Source of the DNA: Candidatus Rariloculus sp.
GTDB lineage: Bacteria > Pseudomonadota > Gammaproteobacteria > Steroidobacterales > Rariloculaceae
Length of the DNA stretch: 64,000 nucleotides
Reading direction: 5' to 3'
Assembly (NCBI RefSeq): GCF_965263005.1
Contig: NZ_OZ253579.1
Location: 1,155,668-1,219,667, forward strand
In this document: one piece after another, positions 1-9,057 of the stretch
Layout: the number at the start of each line of letters is the position of its first letter
How positions within the stretch are numbered: the stretch's first letter is position 1
Translations under genes and position numbers: made by a program
The notes under the pieces: generated by a model
What the model saw: the letters and a program-made list of their open reading frames with translations, nothing else
The model's database searches: none
What the model was told of the DNA's origin: nothing

Positions 1-113
1 ACGGCGAGACGAACCGGCAATTCCTCGGTGCAAAGCGAGCAACAGATGTCGGGACCGATGCCGGCCGGTTCGCCGGAACTCACCGCCAGCGCTGGCGATT
101 CCCGGCTCAACAC
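1..113 (-). CDS. pdxA: 4-hydroxythreonine-4-phosphate dehydrogenase PdxA, N-terminal part (gene continues past the window start)
   Basis: The minus-strand translation from GTG at 113 (or TTG at 110) reads VLSRESPALAVSSGEPAGIGPDICCSL. GEPAGIGPD is the conserved PdxA N-terminal motif. The gene lies directly downstream of surA, as in the conserved lptD-surA-pdxA order. Confidence 0.7.
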   Translation of the reverse strand, partial: MLSRESPALAVSSGEPAGIGPDICCSLCTEELPVRLA

Positions 114-157
114 AGGCTGCGTGCAGGCAAGCTCGACAGTCGCGATCGGCTGCTACG

Positions 158-1495
158 CTATAAGCGCGTGTCGATGAACGCCTGGTCCCGCAAGCGCCGC
201 AGCCACATTTGCTTCTCTTCTTCGGTTTTCGTCGCACGAATCTCTACGGCGCATTGCTGCTCCTTGACGTCGTCTGTCTGGTCGTAGGAGCGGTGTTCAA
301 GCACCTCGAGAATGTGCCAGCCGAAGCGAGTCTGGAAAGGCTCGCTGAGCTCGCCGATCGGCAGCGACGTCATCACTTCGGCGAATTCCGGGACGAAGGA
401 GTCGGGCTCCATAAAACCGAGATCCCCGCCGTCGGCGGCCGAGACGGTATCCTCGGACACGGCCAGAGCGATCGTCGAAAAATCGTCGCCGCCGAGGATC
501 TGGTCTCTTATGCCGCGCAGCCGCTGCATGGCGGCGTCGTCATCGAGCACCTCGTTCGTCGTGATCAGTACGTGGCGGGCGCGCACCTGGTCGACCATGA
601 CGCGCTGGTCCCCGCGCATGTTGTTCAGGCGAACGAGATTGAAGCCGCTGCCGCTCTGGATCGGTTCGGAGACGTCTCCCGGCTGCATCTGCGTCACCGC
701 GTCGGAGAACAGCGTCGGCAGCTCGGAGCCCCGGCGCCAGCCGAGCGAGCCGCCCTCGAGCGCCGTCGGCGAGTCAGAATAAGTCACGGCGAGTTGCCCG
801 AAATCCTCGCCCGCCTCGACCCGCGTGAGAATTTCGCTGACTTCCCGTTGTCCGGCCGCGAGGTTTTCGGGGCTCGCCGCGGAGGACACACCGACGAGAA
901 TGTGGGATATGTTGTAGAGGAACTCGTTGGTCAGCGATGCCTCGGCGCGTTGCAGGCACTGCTCGAGTTCTCGCGGCGTGATCGCGATGCGGCTGATCAC
1001 GTCGCGCTGCTCGAGCTGGTTGATGATGAGATCCTGGCGGCTGTCCTCGCGATACATCGCGTAGTCGATATTCTCTTGCGCGAGGGCCTCGGGCAGTTGC
1101 TCGAGCGTCAGCCCGAGCTGGTCGGCTACCGACGACAGCGCTTCGTTCAGGAAATCGTCGCCAATCTCGATGCCGAGGCGGTCGGCTCTCTGCAACTGAA
1201 CTTCCTTGAGGACGAGCTGCTCAAGCACCTGACTTTCGATCACCGAAAGCGGCGGCAGCGGACTGCGCTGCTCGGCGGGCAGCTGCTCCTGTTGCTGCGT
1301 CAGGTTGTCGACGACCAGGGACATGCGGGTCGCAAGCTCGCTCTTGAGCACCATGCCCTCGTCGACGAGGGCCGCGACGCCGTCGAGCAGGACACCGCTC
1401 GACCCCAGTTCCCTGGTCTGCGCCTGCACGTCCGCGCACGCGAATGCTGCCGCCGCCCCGAGGGCGGCGAAGAACGATGATGTTCGTAGGCTCAT
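158..1495 (-). CDS. surA: periplasmic chaperone / peptidyl-prolyl isomerase SurA
   Basis: This lies in ORF 158..1675, trimmed to the internal Met that begins the signal peptide MSLRTSSFFAALGAAAAFACADVQA. It has the SurA N-domain and two parvulin-like blocks (ISHILV..., ARHVLI...GGDLGF). Its start codon overlaps the lptD stop at 1492-1495. Confidence 0.9.
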   Translation of the reverse strand: MSLRTSSFFAALGAAAAFACADVQAQTRELGSSGVLLDGVAALVDEGMVLKSELATRMSLVVDNLTQQQEQLPAEQRSPLPPLSVIESQVLEQLVLKEVQLQRADRLGIEIGDDFLNEALSSVADQLGLTLEQLPEALAQENIDYAMYREDSRQDLIINQLEQRDVISRIAITPRELEQCLQRAEASLTNEFLYNISHILVGVSSAASPENLAAGQREVSEILTRVEAGEDFGQLAVTYSDSPTALEGGSLGWRRGSELPTLFSDAVTQMQPGDVSEPIQSGSGFNLVRLNNMRGDQRVMVDQVRARHVLITTNEVLDDDAAMQRLRGIRDQILGGDDFSTIALAVSEDTVSAADGGDLGFMEPDSFVPEFAEVMTSLPIGELSEPFQTRFGWHILEVLEHRSYDQTDDVKEQQCAVEIRATKTEEEKQMWLRRLRDQAFIDTRL

Positions 1496-3702
1496 TGGAC
1501 GGTGGACCCCGCGAGACTTCGGTAGCCTAGAATACCACGGTCGAGCAAGTCCTCGGGGGCGCTTGTAGCCTGACTGAGCCCCTTGAGTTCGAGCTGAATC
1601 GAGATTGCGCTGTCGGTTTCGCCGGTGCGGCGGCTCACGTAGCGGCGGCCGACCAGGCGCACGCGCCAGCAACACGCTTCGTACTCCCAGCCGATAAACT
1701 GCTCGAGCGGCTCCTCCTCAAGCAGCGAATAGCTGTAGCGGGCGATCGCGCGCCAGCGCTCGCCCAGGGGCCAGACCATCGACAGGTCGCCCTGCTCGAG
1801 CAAGCCGCGGCGGTATCTGTAGCCGAAGCCAAACAGCCGGTCATCACGCGGCCGGAACTCGAACCTGGTCTCGGCTCGAGCCGTGGCGTCGGTCTCGCTG
1901 TTCCATTGGTAGCCGATGTCGAGATTCCACGTATCGCTCAGGCGCAGCGCCATTTCCGCGACATAGTCGGATGCGTTGGCATCGTTCGGCCGCTCGTTCG
2001 GCAGGCTCACCCTCTGCGCTTGTAGGTAGCGCGTTTGCCCGAGCGTCGCGCGCAATCGTTCCTTGCCGGTCGCGCTGTCGATGAGCCGAGTGGAGATGCC
2101 GAGGCTGACCTGATCCGTATCGGTGATTCGATCCGGCCCGACGAACTGGTACTTTCTGAACAGCTGAACGAGATTGAAGTCCGGAACGATCGTGTCGAAT
2201 ACGGGCAGCCGGTCCTGATCCTCAAACGGGACGTGAACATAGAGCATTCGCGGTTCGAGCGTCTGGATCCAGCTTGCCGTCTTGCCGGCTGGCCTTTCGA
2301 ACGTGAGTCCCGTGTCGATGCTTGCGATCGGCAGGCCTCGAGTCATGTTCCTGGCCTGTCCCGGCTCGGGGTTATCAAGCCAGTAGTTGGTCTGCCGGTA
2401 CGCGACCGCGGGTGTCAGGTACATTCCGGCGCGCGCCAGGAGCACGCTGAGTTCCTGCGTCGAGTCGAAACGCCAACCGGTCGTCGCGATATCGCGGTCG
2501 AAATTCACGAGTTCGGTCGTCGACTCGAAGCCGACGAGATTGCCCGACCAGCGGCCATCGAAGACGAGTTGCGGCACGCGTTCGTACGGGCGGTCCTCGG
2601 CCTCGATCAACGCATCGATGGTCTGATAATTCTGAAACCGCGAACGAAGAGACCAGTTGTCGGCGTAAAAACCGACGTCGAGATAGCGGTTCAGATGGGT
2701 CTGACTCGTAATGCTCAGGCTGTCGCCCAGATCTTCGAAGTACGCATCGTCAGAGACTTCCTCTATGCCGGTCAGCAGTTGCCAGCCGCGCCCGAAAAAC
2801 GTCTCGTGCGCGAAGTTGACGTATCGGCGCGTGCGGTCGATCTGCGAGTCGTCGGGCAGGTACTCGAAGCTCAATTGCCCCGTGCTGGACTGCGTGAGGT
2901 AGCGGAAGTCGCCGTTGATCTGCACACCGCGCTTGCTCAGATATCGCGGCTCGAGCGTCAGGTCGTAGTTCGGAGCAAGATTGAGGTAATACGGAACGCC
3001 GATATCGAGTCCCGTGCGGTCGCGTTCGGCGAAGTGTGGAGTCAGGAAGCCGCTCTTGCGCCGAGTGTCGATTGGAAACGTGAAGTAAGGCGCGTACATG
3101 ATCGGCACGCCCCTGAACGCGAGCTTGACGCCTCGCGCCGTGCCGAAACCCCGATCGACGTCGAGCAGGATCTCGCGGGCAAGCAGTTCCCAGGCGACGC
3201 GCTCGGGCGGGCAGGTGGTGAAATTGACGGCCGAAAGCTCCACGGTGTTGTCGTTGCGCAGCAGCAGGTCTTCGGCCGAACCTCGTGCGGATCGGCTGAG
3301 CAATTCGAACCCGGCGCGGTCAAAGAATATTTGTTCGTCGTCCGTGCGCAGCTCCGCGCCTTCGGCGAACACGCTGAGGTCGGAGTTGCGGAACGTCGCG
3401 CGGCCGATGATCTGCACGGTTTCGCTGCCGCGGTCGTAGCTCGCGCGCTCGGCTGACAGACTGCCGTCCCGGTAACGTATCTCGACCTGCTCGGAAAAAT
3501 CGGCCGTGTCGCCGCCTGCGATGTCGATCCGCCCGGCCGTGATGACGAGCGGTTCCCGATCCGTCTCGCCTGACGCTGGCGGCAACGGCGTCACGGGCAC
3601 TTCGGGAGCCGTCAGCAGACACACGCCCTGAGCAGCGCCCTGGCGGACCGCGCACAGGCACACAAAAAAAACGAGAATCCGCAATCGATTGCTCAGGGAC
3701 AA
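1492..3702 (-). CDS. lptD: LPS-assembly outer-membrane protein LptD (OstA/Imp)
   Basis: This 736-aa ORF starts at TTG and has a signal peptide (LRILVFFVCLCAVRQGAAQ). It shows OstA-like N-terminal and beta-barrel sequence (GFLTPHFAERDRTGLDIGVPYYLNLAPNYDLTLEPRY) and is in synteny with surA. Confidence 0.9.
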   Translation of the reverse strand: MSLSNRLRILVFFVCLCAVRQGAAQGVCLLTAPEVPVTPLPPASGETDREPLVITAGRIDIAGGDTADFSEQVEIRYRDGSLSAERASYDRGSETVQIIGRATFRNSDLSVFAEGAELRTDDEQIFFDRAGFELLSRSARGSAEDLLLRNDNTVELSAVNFTTCPPERVAWELLAREILLDVDRGFGTARGVKLAFRGVPIMYAPYFTFPIDTRRKSGFLTPHFAERDRTGLDIGVPYYLNLAPNYDLTLEPRYLSKRGVQINGDFRYLTQSSTGQLSFEYLPDDSQIDRTRRYVNFAHETFFGRGWQLLTGIEEVSDDAYFEDLGDSLSITSQTHLNRYLDVGFYADNWSLRSRFQNYQTIDALIEAEDRPYERVPQLVFDGRWSGNLVGFESTTELVNFDRDIATTGWRFDSTQELSVLLARAGMYLTPAVAYRQTNYWLDNPEPGQARNMTRGLPIASIDTGLTFERPAGKTASWIQTLEPRMLYVHVPFEDQDRLPVFDTIVPDFNLVQLFRKYQFVGPDRITDTDQVSLGISTRLIDSATGKERLRATLGQTRYLQAQRVSLPNERPNDANASDYVAEMALRLSDTWNLDIGYQWNSETDATARAETRFEFRPRDDRLFGFGYRYRRGLLEQGDLSMVWPLGERWRAIARYSYSLLEEEPLEQFIGWEYEACCWRVRLVGRRYVSRRTGETDSAISIQLELKGLSQATSAPEDLLDRGILGYRSLAGSTVQ

Positions 3703-3814
3703 GAACTGGAGCCGCCCAAAGGCAGCTACAATGGCACAGATCGTACTTGGCCTTCAATCGCTTCCACGAATAGCCGCTGCTGATGCCCGAATGCGCTCGC
3801 GTGCACCTAAAGCC

Positions 3815-4528
3815 ATGATTCTAGCGGCCGGACGGGGTGAGCGAATGGGGACCCTGACGCACAATCGTCCCAAGCCGCTGCTCGAAGTCGGCGCGGAGTC
3901 GCTGATCGAGCGGCACCTCCGACGCCTCTCCGAGTCCGGCACGACGCACGTCGTGATCAACCTGTCGTACCGCGGCGAGCAGATTCGCACGCAGCTCGGC
4001 GACGGGGCGCGCTGGAACCTGAGCATCAACTACAGCGAGGAGGGCGAGCCGCCGCTGGAAACAGGCGGCGGAATCATCAGGGTGCTGCCGCGGCTCGGTC
4101 GCGAGCCTTTTCTCCTGATCAACGCCGACGTGCTCACCGATTTCGACTTCTCGGCACTGCGGCTGGGGGACGCGTCGGGTGTGCTCGTGTTGGCGCCCAA
4201 CCCGGCCTTCCGCACGCACGGGGACTTTGGTCTGGACGAGCGATCGATGGTGACGCAGGCACCGCCAAGCTATACGTTTACCGGCGTTTCCATGCTTGAT
4301 CCGGCGCTGTTCGAGCCATTCGAGCCTGGCCGCCAGCCTCTCAAGCCGATTCTCGATGCAGCGATCGCACGCCGCGCACTCAGGGGCGAGCTCCATGAAG
4401 GATTGTGGCTCGACGTAGGAACACAGGAACGCCTGTACGAGGCGAGGCGCCTGCTCGGCGGGCCTGCTGTCCGGCAGCCCGTGGCGAAAGCCCCGCGTGG
4501 CACCGGGACCGGCGAGGCGCCCGCCTGA
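3815..4528 (+). CDS. murU: N-acetylmuramate alpha-1-phosphate uridylyltransferase (MurU-type nucleotidyltransferase)
   Basis: MILAAGRGERMGTLTHNRPKPLLEVG...GEPPLETGGGI...FLLINADVLTDFDF closely follows the Pseudomonas MurU pattern, and the gene is divergent from lptD as in pseudomonads. ORF 3689..4528 was trimmed to the Met before the G-rich NTP loop; 3791 is an alternative start. The last roughly 17 codons and the stop lie inside repeat copy A. Confidence 0.8.
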   Translation: MILAAGRGERMGTLTHNRPKPLLEVGAESLIERHLRRLSESGTTHVVINLSYRGEQIRTQLGDGARWNLSINYSEEGEPPLETGGGIIRVLPRLGREPFLLINADVLTDFDFSALRLGDASGVLVLAPNPAFRTHGDFGLDERSMVTQAPPSYTFTGVSMLDPALFEPFEPGRQPLKPILDAAIARRALRGELHEGLWLDVGTQERLYEARRLLGGPAVRQPVAKAPRGTGTGEAPA

Positions 4529-4668
4529 CAAGGCGCGAGGAGTGAGAATATTGGACATATTCGAACGACGAGCAACGCAGCTCAGGCGGGATGCATCGCC
4601 GGTTGATCAGCCGTCTTCGGCGAGGCGGTCTGCCGCCCCATGCAGCGGGGCTTTTGCCACGGGCTGCT
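4474..4668 (-). repeat. Palindromic MITE/REP-like element, copy A (long form, about 195 bp)
   Basis: Its termini are GCAGCCCGTGGCGAAAGCCCCGC and GCGGGGCTTTTGCCACGGGCTGCT, which are inverted. The core is GAGAATATTGGACATATTCGAAC. It aligns along its whole length with the copies at 14183, 25018 and 26683. Confidence 0.9.
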
Positions 4669-4702
4669 AGTGTACCGTCCCGGGTTTTTTGGAGAACCGT
4701 CA

Positions 4703-5350
4703 GTGGCTCTAAGGCTCTACACCTACTTTCGCAGCTCCGCCGCGTTTCGAGTGCGCATCGCGCTCAATCTCAAGGGCCTCGAGTACGAGCCCGTACCCGT
4801 GCATTTTTCGCGCGGCGGCGGGGAGCATCGCAAGCCGGAATTCGCGAGCCTGAATCCGCAGGGTTTGCTGCCCGTGCTGGATCACGACGGCACGGTCCTG
4901 ACGCAGTCGCTCGCGATCATCGAGTACCTCGATGCCTGTTTTCCGGAGCCGGGACTGATCCCCGCAGGCCCCGTCGAGCGGGCGCGCGTTCAGGCGCTTG
5001 CGCAGCTTATCGCCTGCGAGACTCATCCGCTCAACAACCTCAGAGTGTTGCGCTATCTGCGCGGCGAGTTCGATCTCGCTGAGCCGGACATCGAGCGCTG
5101 GTACCGGCACTGGGTAGCGGAGTCCTTTCGCGCGCTCGAAACTTTGCTCGTCAGGTACAGCGGCGGGCAGTACTGCTACGGCGATGCGGTCGGCCTGGCC
5201 GATGTCTGCCTCGTCCCGCAGGTCTACAACGCGAGGCGGTTCGGCTGCGAGCTCGATGCCTACCCGACGCTGACTCGAATCGCCGACACGCTTGCCGGGC
5301 AGGCGGCGTTCGCGCGGGCCGCCCCCGAGAACCAACCCGACGCCGAATAG
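4703..5350 (+). CDS. maiA: maleylacetoacetate isomerase (zeta-class glutathione S-transferase)
   Basis: A GTG start at 4703 is preceded by GGAGA. The sequence LRLYTYFRSSAAFRVRIALNLKGLEYEPVPVHF...NPQGLLPVL...LAIIEYLD matches the GST-zeta/MaiA signature (SSxxxRVRIAL). Confidence 0.85.
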   Translation: MALRLYTYFRSSAAFRVRIALNLKGLEYEPVPVHFSRGGGEHRKPEFASLNPQGLLPVLDHDGTVLTQSLAIIEYLDACFPEPGLIPAGPVERARVQALAQLIACETHPLNNLRVLRYLRGEFDLAEPDIERWYRHWVAESFRALETLLVRYSGGQYCYGDAVGLADVCLVPQVYNARRFGCELDAYPTLTRIADTLAGQAAFARAAPENQPDAE

Positions 5351-5477
5351 GCGTTGGGCAACGCGGCCGGTGCGGGACCAAACGCCGCCGGCGGATGCGG
5401 CCGGCGGCGCCGTCCGATAGGCTGCTCGCCGCCCGGTTTCGGGAGCTTCACTGAGCGCGCACCGTCCCGAATCGGGA

Positions 5478-6290
5478 TCAGTGGGTCATCGCGTAGATCA
5501 GGTAGTTGACGGCGAATCGGTAGGCCAGCGCCGTCATCGGTTCCGGGTAACGTGGATCGTCGGCGTGCTCCCAGGCATCGCCCAGATCCATGTTGTGATT
5601 GATCGCGACCATGAGCCGGCCGTCGTCATCGTAGACACCGCGCCAGTGCGGTGTGACTCCGTCGCGCTCGTAGGTCACGCCGTACGACAGCGCCGCAATA
5701 CCGGGAATCTGGATGCGCTGATCGAGATCGTAGAGCACGTGCAGCACTTCATCGTTCTCGGGAATGTCGATGATCGGGCGGTCGGGAAACACGCGGGTCA
5801 TCGACTCCATGAAGCCAGCCCATTCGTAGCTGCCGTGGAAATCGTCGACCATGAGGAATCCGCCGCGCAGGAGATATTCCCTGAGCCGCGCGGCCTCGAT
5901 CTCGTTCAGGTACCAGCGGCCGACCTCGACCGCATAGAGCCACGGGTAGTCGAAAATCGCGTCGTCGGTCAGTCCGATGATGCGGCTTTCGTTACGATCG
6001 CTCGCCTCCACCCGGGTCAGGCGTGTCACGCCCTGAAGAAAGTGTGTCTCGGCTTCAGGCCAGTCAACTTCCCAGCTTCCCCTGTAGCCGAAGCCGCCGC
6101 CGCGGTCGGAGTAGAGCAATCTGGTGAAATGAAACTCGGCCGTCGGCCGCTCGGCGCTGTAGGCGTATTCGTCGCCGCGGGCCGCAAGCCCAAGCCCAAG
6201 CGCAAGCGCAAGCGCGATCAGCGCCGTTGCCGCCAAGGCGAGGATCAAGCGCGCCGAAGCCATGCCCGTGTGTTCATTTCGCCGATTCAT
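5478..6290 (-). CDS. DUF4159 domain-containing membrane-anchored protein
   Basis: ORF 5478..6590 was trimmed to Met 101 (6263 is an alternative start). It has an N-terminal TM (LILALAATALIALALALGLGLAA). The block FHFTRLLYSD...WEVDWPEAETHFLQGVTRLT...FDYPWLYAVEVGRW...GGFLMVDDFHG is typical of DUF4159, a family usually linked to MoxR/DUF58/VWA clusters. Confidence 0.8.
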   Translation of the reverse strand: MNRRNEHTGMASARLILALAATALIALALALGLGLAARGDEYAYSAERPTAEFHFTRLLYSDRGGGFGYRGSWEVDWPEAETHFLQGVTRLTRVEASDRNESRIIGLTDDAIFDYPWLYAVEVGRWYLNEIEAARLREYLLRGGFLMVDDFHGSYEWAGFMESMTRVFPDRPIIDIPENDEVLHVLYDLDQRIQIPGIAALSYGVTYERDGVTPHWRGVYDDDGRLMVAINHNMDLGDAWEHADDPRYPEPMTALAYRFAVNYLIYAMTH

Positions 6291-6408
6291 GTTCCGAGTC
6301 CGTCTGCCGCATGTTCCGCTTTGGCCGCCTCGTGCGCAAGTCTGCCGGGATTCGGCCCGGCCGCGCCCCCGTGGCAGTCGATCGCGCGGCCCGGGAGATG
6401 CGGTGGCT

Positions 6409-6648
6409 TCACCGGCTCTGCGGCTCCGATAACCACTCGTCGAGCGCACCGGTTGCGAGTTCCTCGATCGTATACTCGTTGAACGTCCTGTAGGCGGTCC
6501 AGTGGCTGATCTTGTCCTGCAGCTCGAGTTCCTGCCAGCCCGATGCCGCGCCGAGCCGATCCGTGTAGGCAGCGAGCCTGGTCGCGGCATATTCGTTACA
6601 GTGGGCCAGAAACGCGGCCACGAGCGTCTTTTTTTCCTGCACAGTCAT
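6409..6648 (-). CDS. small hypothetical protein (79 aa)
   Basis: This is the internal Met of ORF 6409..6762 (MTVQEKKTLVAAFLAHCNEY...). It is preceded by a good SD (GAGGAA, 5 nt spacer), has a coding-like composition and lies upstream of the DUF4159 gene on the same strand. I recognise no family. Confidence 0.5.
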   Translation of the reverse strand: MTVQEKKTLVAAFLAHCNEYAATRLAAYTDRLGAASGWQELELQDKISHWTAYRTFNEYTIEELATGALDEWLSEPQSR

Positions 6649-6660
6649 CTTGTTCCTCGA

Positions 6661-6756
6661 TCGTTCGGTCGACCACACCGTCGATAGCCGGCACGGCCAT
6701 GAGTGCGGCGACGATGCTATTATGCTCGCGTGGTGGCACTTCGTTCGGTCGATAGC
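6661..6756. promoter_or_regulatory. Pair of exact 12-bp direct repeats (TCGTTCGGTCGA, each followed by TCGATAGC) in the divergent promoter region
   Basis: TCGTTCGGTCGA occurs at 6661-6672 and 6741-6752. TCGATAGC follows at 6681-6688 and 6749-6756. Both lie in the 165-bp gap between the small ORF (minus strand) and the VWA operon (plus strand). Confidence 0.3.
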
Positions 6757-6813
6757 TGTCACATTACTCTAACGTAACGGTCACACGAATCGCCAAGCGA
6801 TCAAGGGCAGTCC

Positions 6814-9057
6814 TTGTTCGAACTGTTCTTCAAATACTCTCGCCGCACGTTCGAGCAGGGCGAGCTATTGTTTGCCAGCGGTTGGCCGCTCTGGCTGCTC
6901 GCCATGCTGGTGCTGCTCGGTGTGGCCGTCATCGCATTCACGCTGTACCGGAACCGCCAGGACCTGGGCCTCGGCAAGCTCATCGCGCTCGGCGCCTTGC
7001 AGACGCTGATCTGGGCCATCGCACTGACGCTGCTGTGGCGCCCGGCGCTTCTGAGCCAGACCCTGCGCCCGCAGGAAAATGCCGTCGCGTTGTTGGTCGA
7101 CACGTCGGCGAGCATGAGCTATGGAAACGGCGAGCAATCGCGTCTGCAGGAGGCGATGCTGGCGCTCAATGAGCGCGCGCTGCCGGCACTTCGGGCCGAC
7201 TTTGAGATCGACGCGTTCGCGTTCTCGGACCAGACGCTTGCACTTGAATCATTGGACCTCCTGCCGGCTCCGGGTCCCATGACCCGCATCGGCGACGCCG
7301 TTCTGACCGTGCTTCGCGGCGCCAACGCCGGCGCACTCGGCGCCCTCGTGCTGATCAGCGACGGCGCCGACAATTCCGGCGATCTCGACGCTGTCAGAAT
7401 TGCCGAGATCGCGGGTTTCGGCGTTCCCGTTCATACCCTCGGTGTCGGTCGCGAGGATCTCGACGATGACATCGAACTCGAGGACGTGATTCTGCCGGCC
7501 CAGGGCATTCCCGGATCCACGGTCGGCGCGCAGGTCAGCATCCGTCATGGGAGTGCCTCGCAGGCGCAGCTCAAGGTCTACGACGGCGACAGCATCATTG
7601 CATCGGAACAGATCGATCTGCCGCCGCAAGCCGGGGTGACGACGCGTTGGATCGATATCGACGTCGGCGACGCGGGCGTCAGGGATCTGCGTTTTTCGGT
7701 CGATGCGATTGGCGATGAGCCGAATCTCGTCAACAATACCCAGATTCGGCCTCTCGAGGTTCCCGAGCGCCGGCGCCGCATCCTTTACGTCGAGGGCGAG
7801 CCGCGCTGGGAGTACAAATTCATCCGCCGGGCGCTCGACGAGGATGCGCCGGTTGGACTGGCGACCTTGTTGCGCACGACGCCGAACAAGTTCTACCGGC
7901 AGGGCGTCGATTCGGCCGAGGAGCTCGCCGACGGCCTGCCCAGCGACGAGCGCACGTTGTTCGCTTACGACGCATTGATCATCGGCAGCTACGAAGCGTC
8001 GGTTCTGAGCCCCGAGCAGCAGGAAATGATTCGCGACTTCGTGAGCCGGCGCGGCGGCAGCCTGCTCATGCTCGGAGGCCGGCGCGGGCTTGCCGACGGC
8101 GGCTGGGGTGCGTCACCCGTGGCAGAAGTCCTGCCCGCGCAGTTGCCCGAGATCGACGCGCCGAGTTTCTTCCGCTACCCGGCCAAGGCCGTGCTGACCA
8201 ACGAAGGCGAGCTGTCGCTGCTCACGCGCCTGGATGCCGACGATGCGGTTAACCGCAGATTGTGGGAAGAGCTGCCGGAGCTCGCCGACTTCCAGTATGT
8301 CAGCGACTTGAAGCCCGGCGCGGCGGTGCTGCTCGAAGCCGAGATTCAAGGCAGCACGGAGCCGTTGCTGATCCACCACCGCTTCGGATTGGGAAACGCA
8401 TACATTTTCGCGAGCGGCGGCACCTGGCGTTGGCAGATGCAGCTGCCGCACGAGGATCAGCGCCACGAGACCTTCTGGAGACAGCTCCTGCAGGCGCTCG
8501 CGGCGAGCGCGCCGGAGCCTGTCATGCTGTCGACGCAGCAGGTTTTCTACGCCGATCAGACCACCGTGTCGCTGCGTGCCGAAGTAAGAGACCCGGAGTT
8601 TCGGCCGGCCGGCGACGCGACCGTCACGGTGTCGATCGACGATGCGCTGAACCCGGCGGTCTCCGCCGAAATGACGCCAGTGCCCGGCGAGCCCGGTGTG
8701 TACGAGTTGAACTACGAGGCTGAGCGGCCCGGGATTTACCGGTTCGAGGCAACGGCCGAGCTCGACGGCGAGGTGCTGGGTGACGCCCGTGTCGCCATTC
8801 GGCGCGAAGACGGGATCGCTGAGCATTTCCGGATTCAACAGGACCGCGCATTGCTCGAGCGCCTTGCGGACGCTACGGGCGGCCGCTACTTTAGGCTCGA
8901 CGATGTCGATGAGCTCCCTGAGGCCGTCCAGTTCTCCGAGGCGGGCATCGTGGAGAGGCAGATACTGGATCTATGGAACATGCCGGTCAATTTCCTGCTG
9001 CTGTTGTTGCTCAAGGCCGGAGAATGGCTGTTCCGGCTCCGTTGGGGCCGGCTGTGA
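6814..9057 (+). CDS. VWA-domain membrane protein with GATase1-like middle region (Bat-cluster type)
   Basis: This 747-aa ORF starts at TTG and has an N-terminal double TM. It carries a MIDAS motif (VALLVDTSASMSYG). The block ILYVEGEPRWEYKFIRRAL...ALIIGSY...GGSLLMLGG is typical of the amidotransferase-like domain of these proteins. A C-terminal TM is present (VNFLLLLLLKAGEWLF). Confidence 0.85.
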   Translation: MFELFFKYSRRTFEQGELLFASGWPLWLLAMLVLLGVAVIAFTLYRNRQDLGLGKLIALGALQTLIWAIALTLLWRPALLSQTLRPQENAVALLVDTSASMSYGNGEQSRLQEAMLALNERALPALRADFEIDAFAFSDQTLALESLDLLPAPGPMTRIGDAVLTVLRGANAGALGALVLISDGADNSGDLDAVRIAEIAGFGVPVHTLGVGREDLDDDIELEDVILPAQGIPGSTVGAQVSIRHGSASQAQLKVYDGDSIIASEQIDLPPQAGVTTRWIDIDVGDAGVRDLRFSVDAIGDEPNLVNNTQIRPLEVPERRRRILYVEGEPRWEYKFIRRALDEDAPVGLATLLRTTPNKFYRQGVDSAEELADGLPSDERTLFAYDALIIGSYEASVLSPEQQEMIRDFVSRRGGSLLMLGGRRGLADGGWGASPVAEVLPAQLPEIDAPSFFRYPAKAVLTNEGELSLLTRLDADDAVNRRLWEELPELADFQYVSDLKPGAAVLLEAEIQGSTEPLLIHHRFGLGNAYIFASGGTWRWQMQLPHEDQRHETFWRQLLQALAASAPEPVMLSTQQVFYADQTTVSLRAEVRDPEFRPAGDATVTVSIDDALNPAVSAEMTPVPGEPGVYELNYEAERPGIYRFEATAELDGEVLGDARVAIRREDGIAEHFRIQQDRALLERLADATGGRYFRLDDVDELPEAVQFSEAGIVERQILDLWNMPVNFLLLLLLKAGEWLFRLRWGRL

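Noticed and set aside
3821-4558. Look-alike ORFs beginning or ending in MSNILxPRALSGGRLAG.., MLV(V/A)RICPIFSLLAPCQAGASPV.. or ..TGEAPA. Other examples are 4270..4575, 14160..14387, 14290..14559, 25158..25520 and 26641..27060.
   Set aside because: The shared peptides are simply translations of the palindromic repeat element in different copies. They are not a conserved protein family.
5384-5408. A GC-rich hairpin (GCCGCCGGC-7 nt-GCCGGCGGC) between the convergent maiA and DUF4159 genes, considered as a bidirectional terminator. A similar hairpin lies at 35333-35356.
   Set aside because: No U/T tract follows on either strand, and GC-rich inverted repeats of this size are common in this composition. 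It is not called as a terminator.
5478-6590. The full-length versions of several track ORFs with long N-terminal extensions: 5478..6590, 158..1675, 23645..25429, 31555..32943, 53613..55598, 55388..57421, 57402..58307, 40467..41957, 47083..48000 and 50494..52164.
   Set aside because: The extensions overlap neighbouring genes or repeat elements, are Arg/Pro-rich nonsense, and precede an internal start that gives a canonical family N-terminus or signal peptide. The trimmed coordinates were reported instead.
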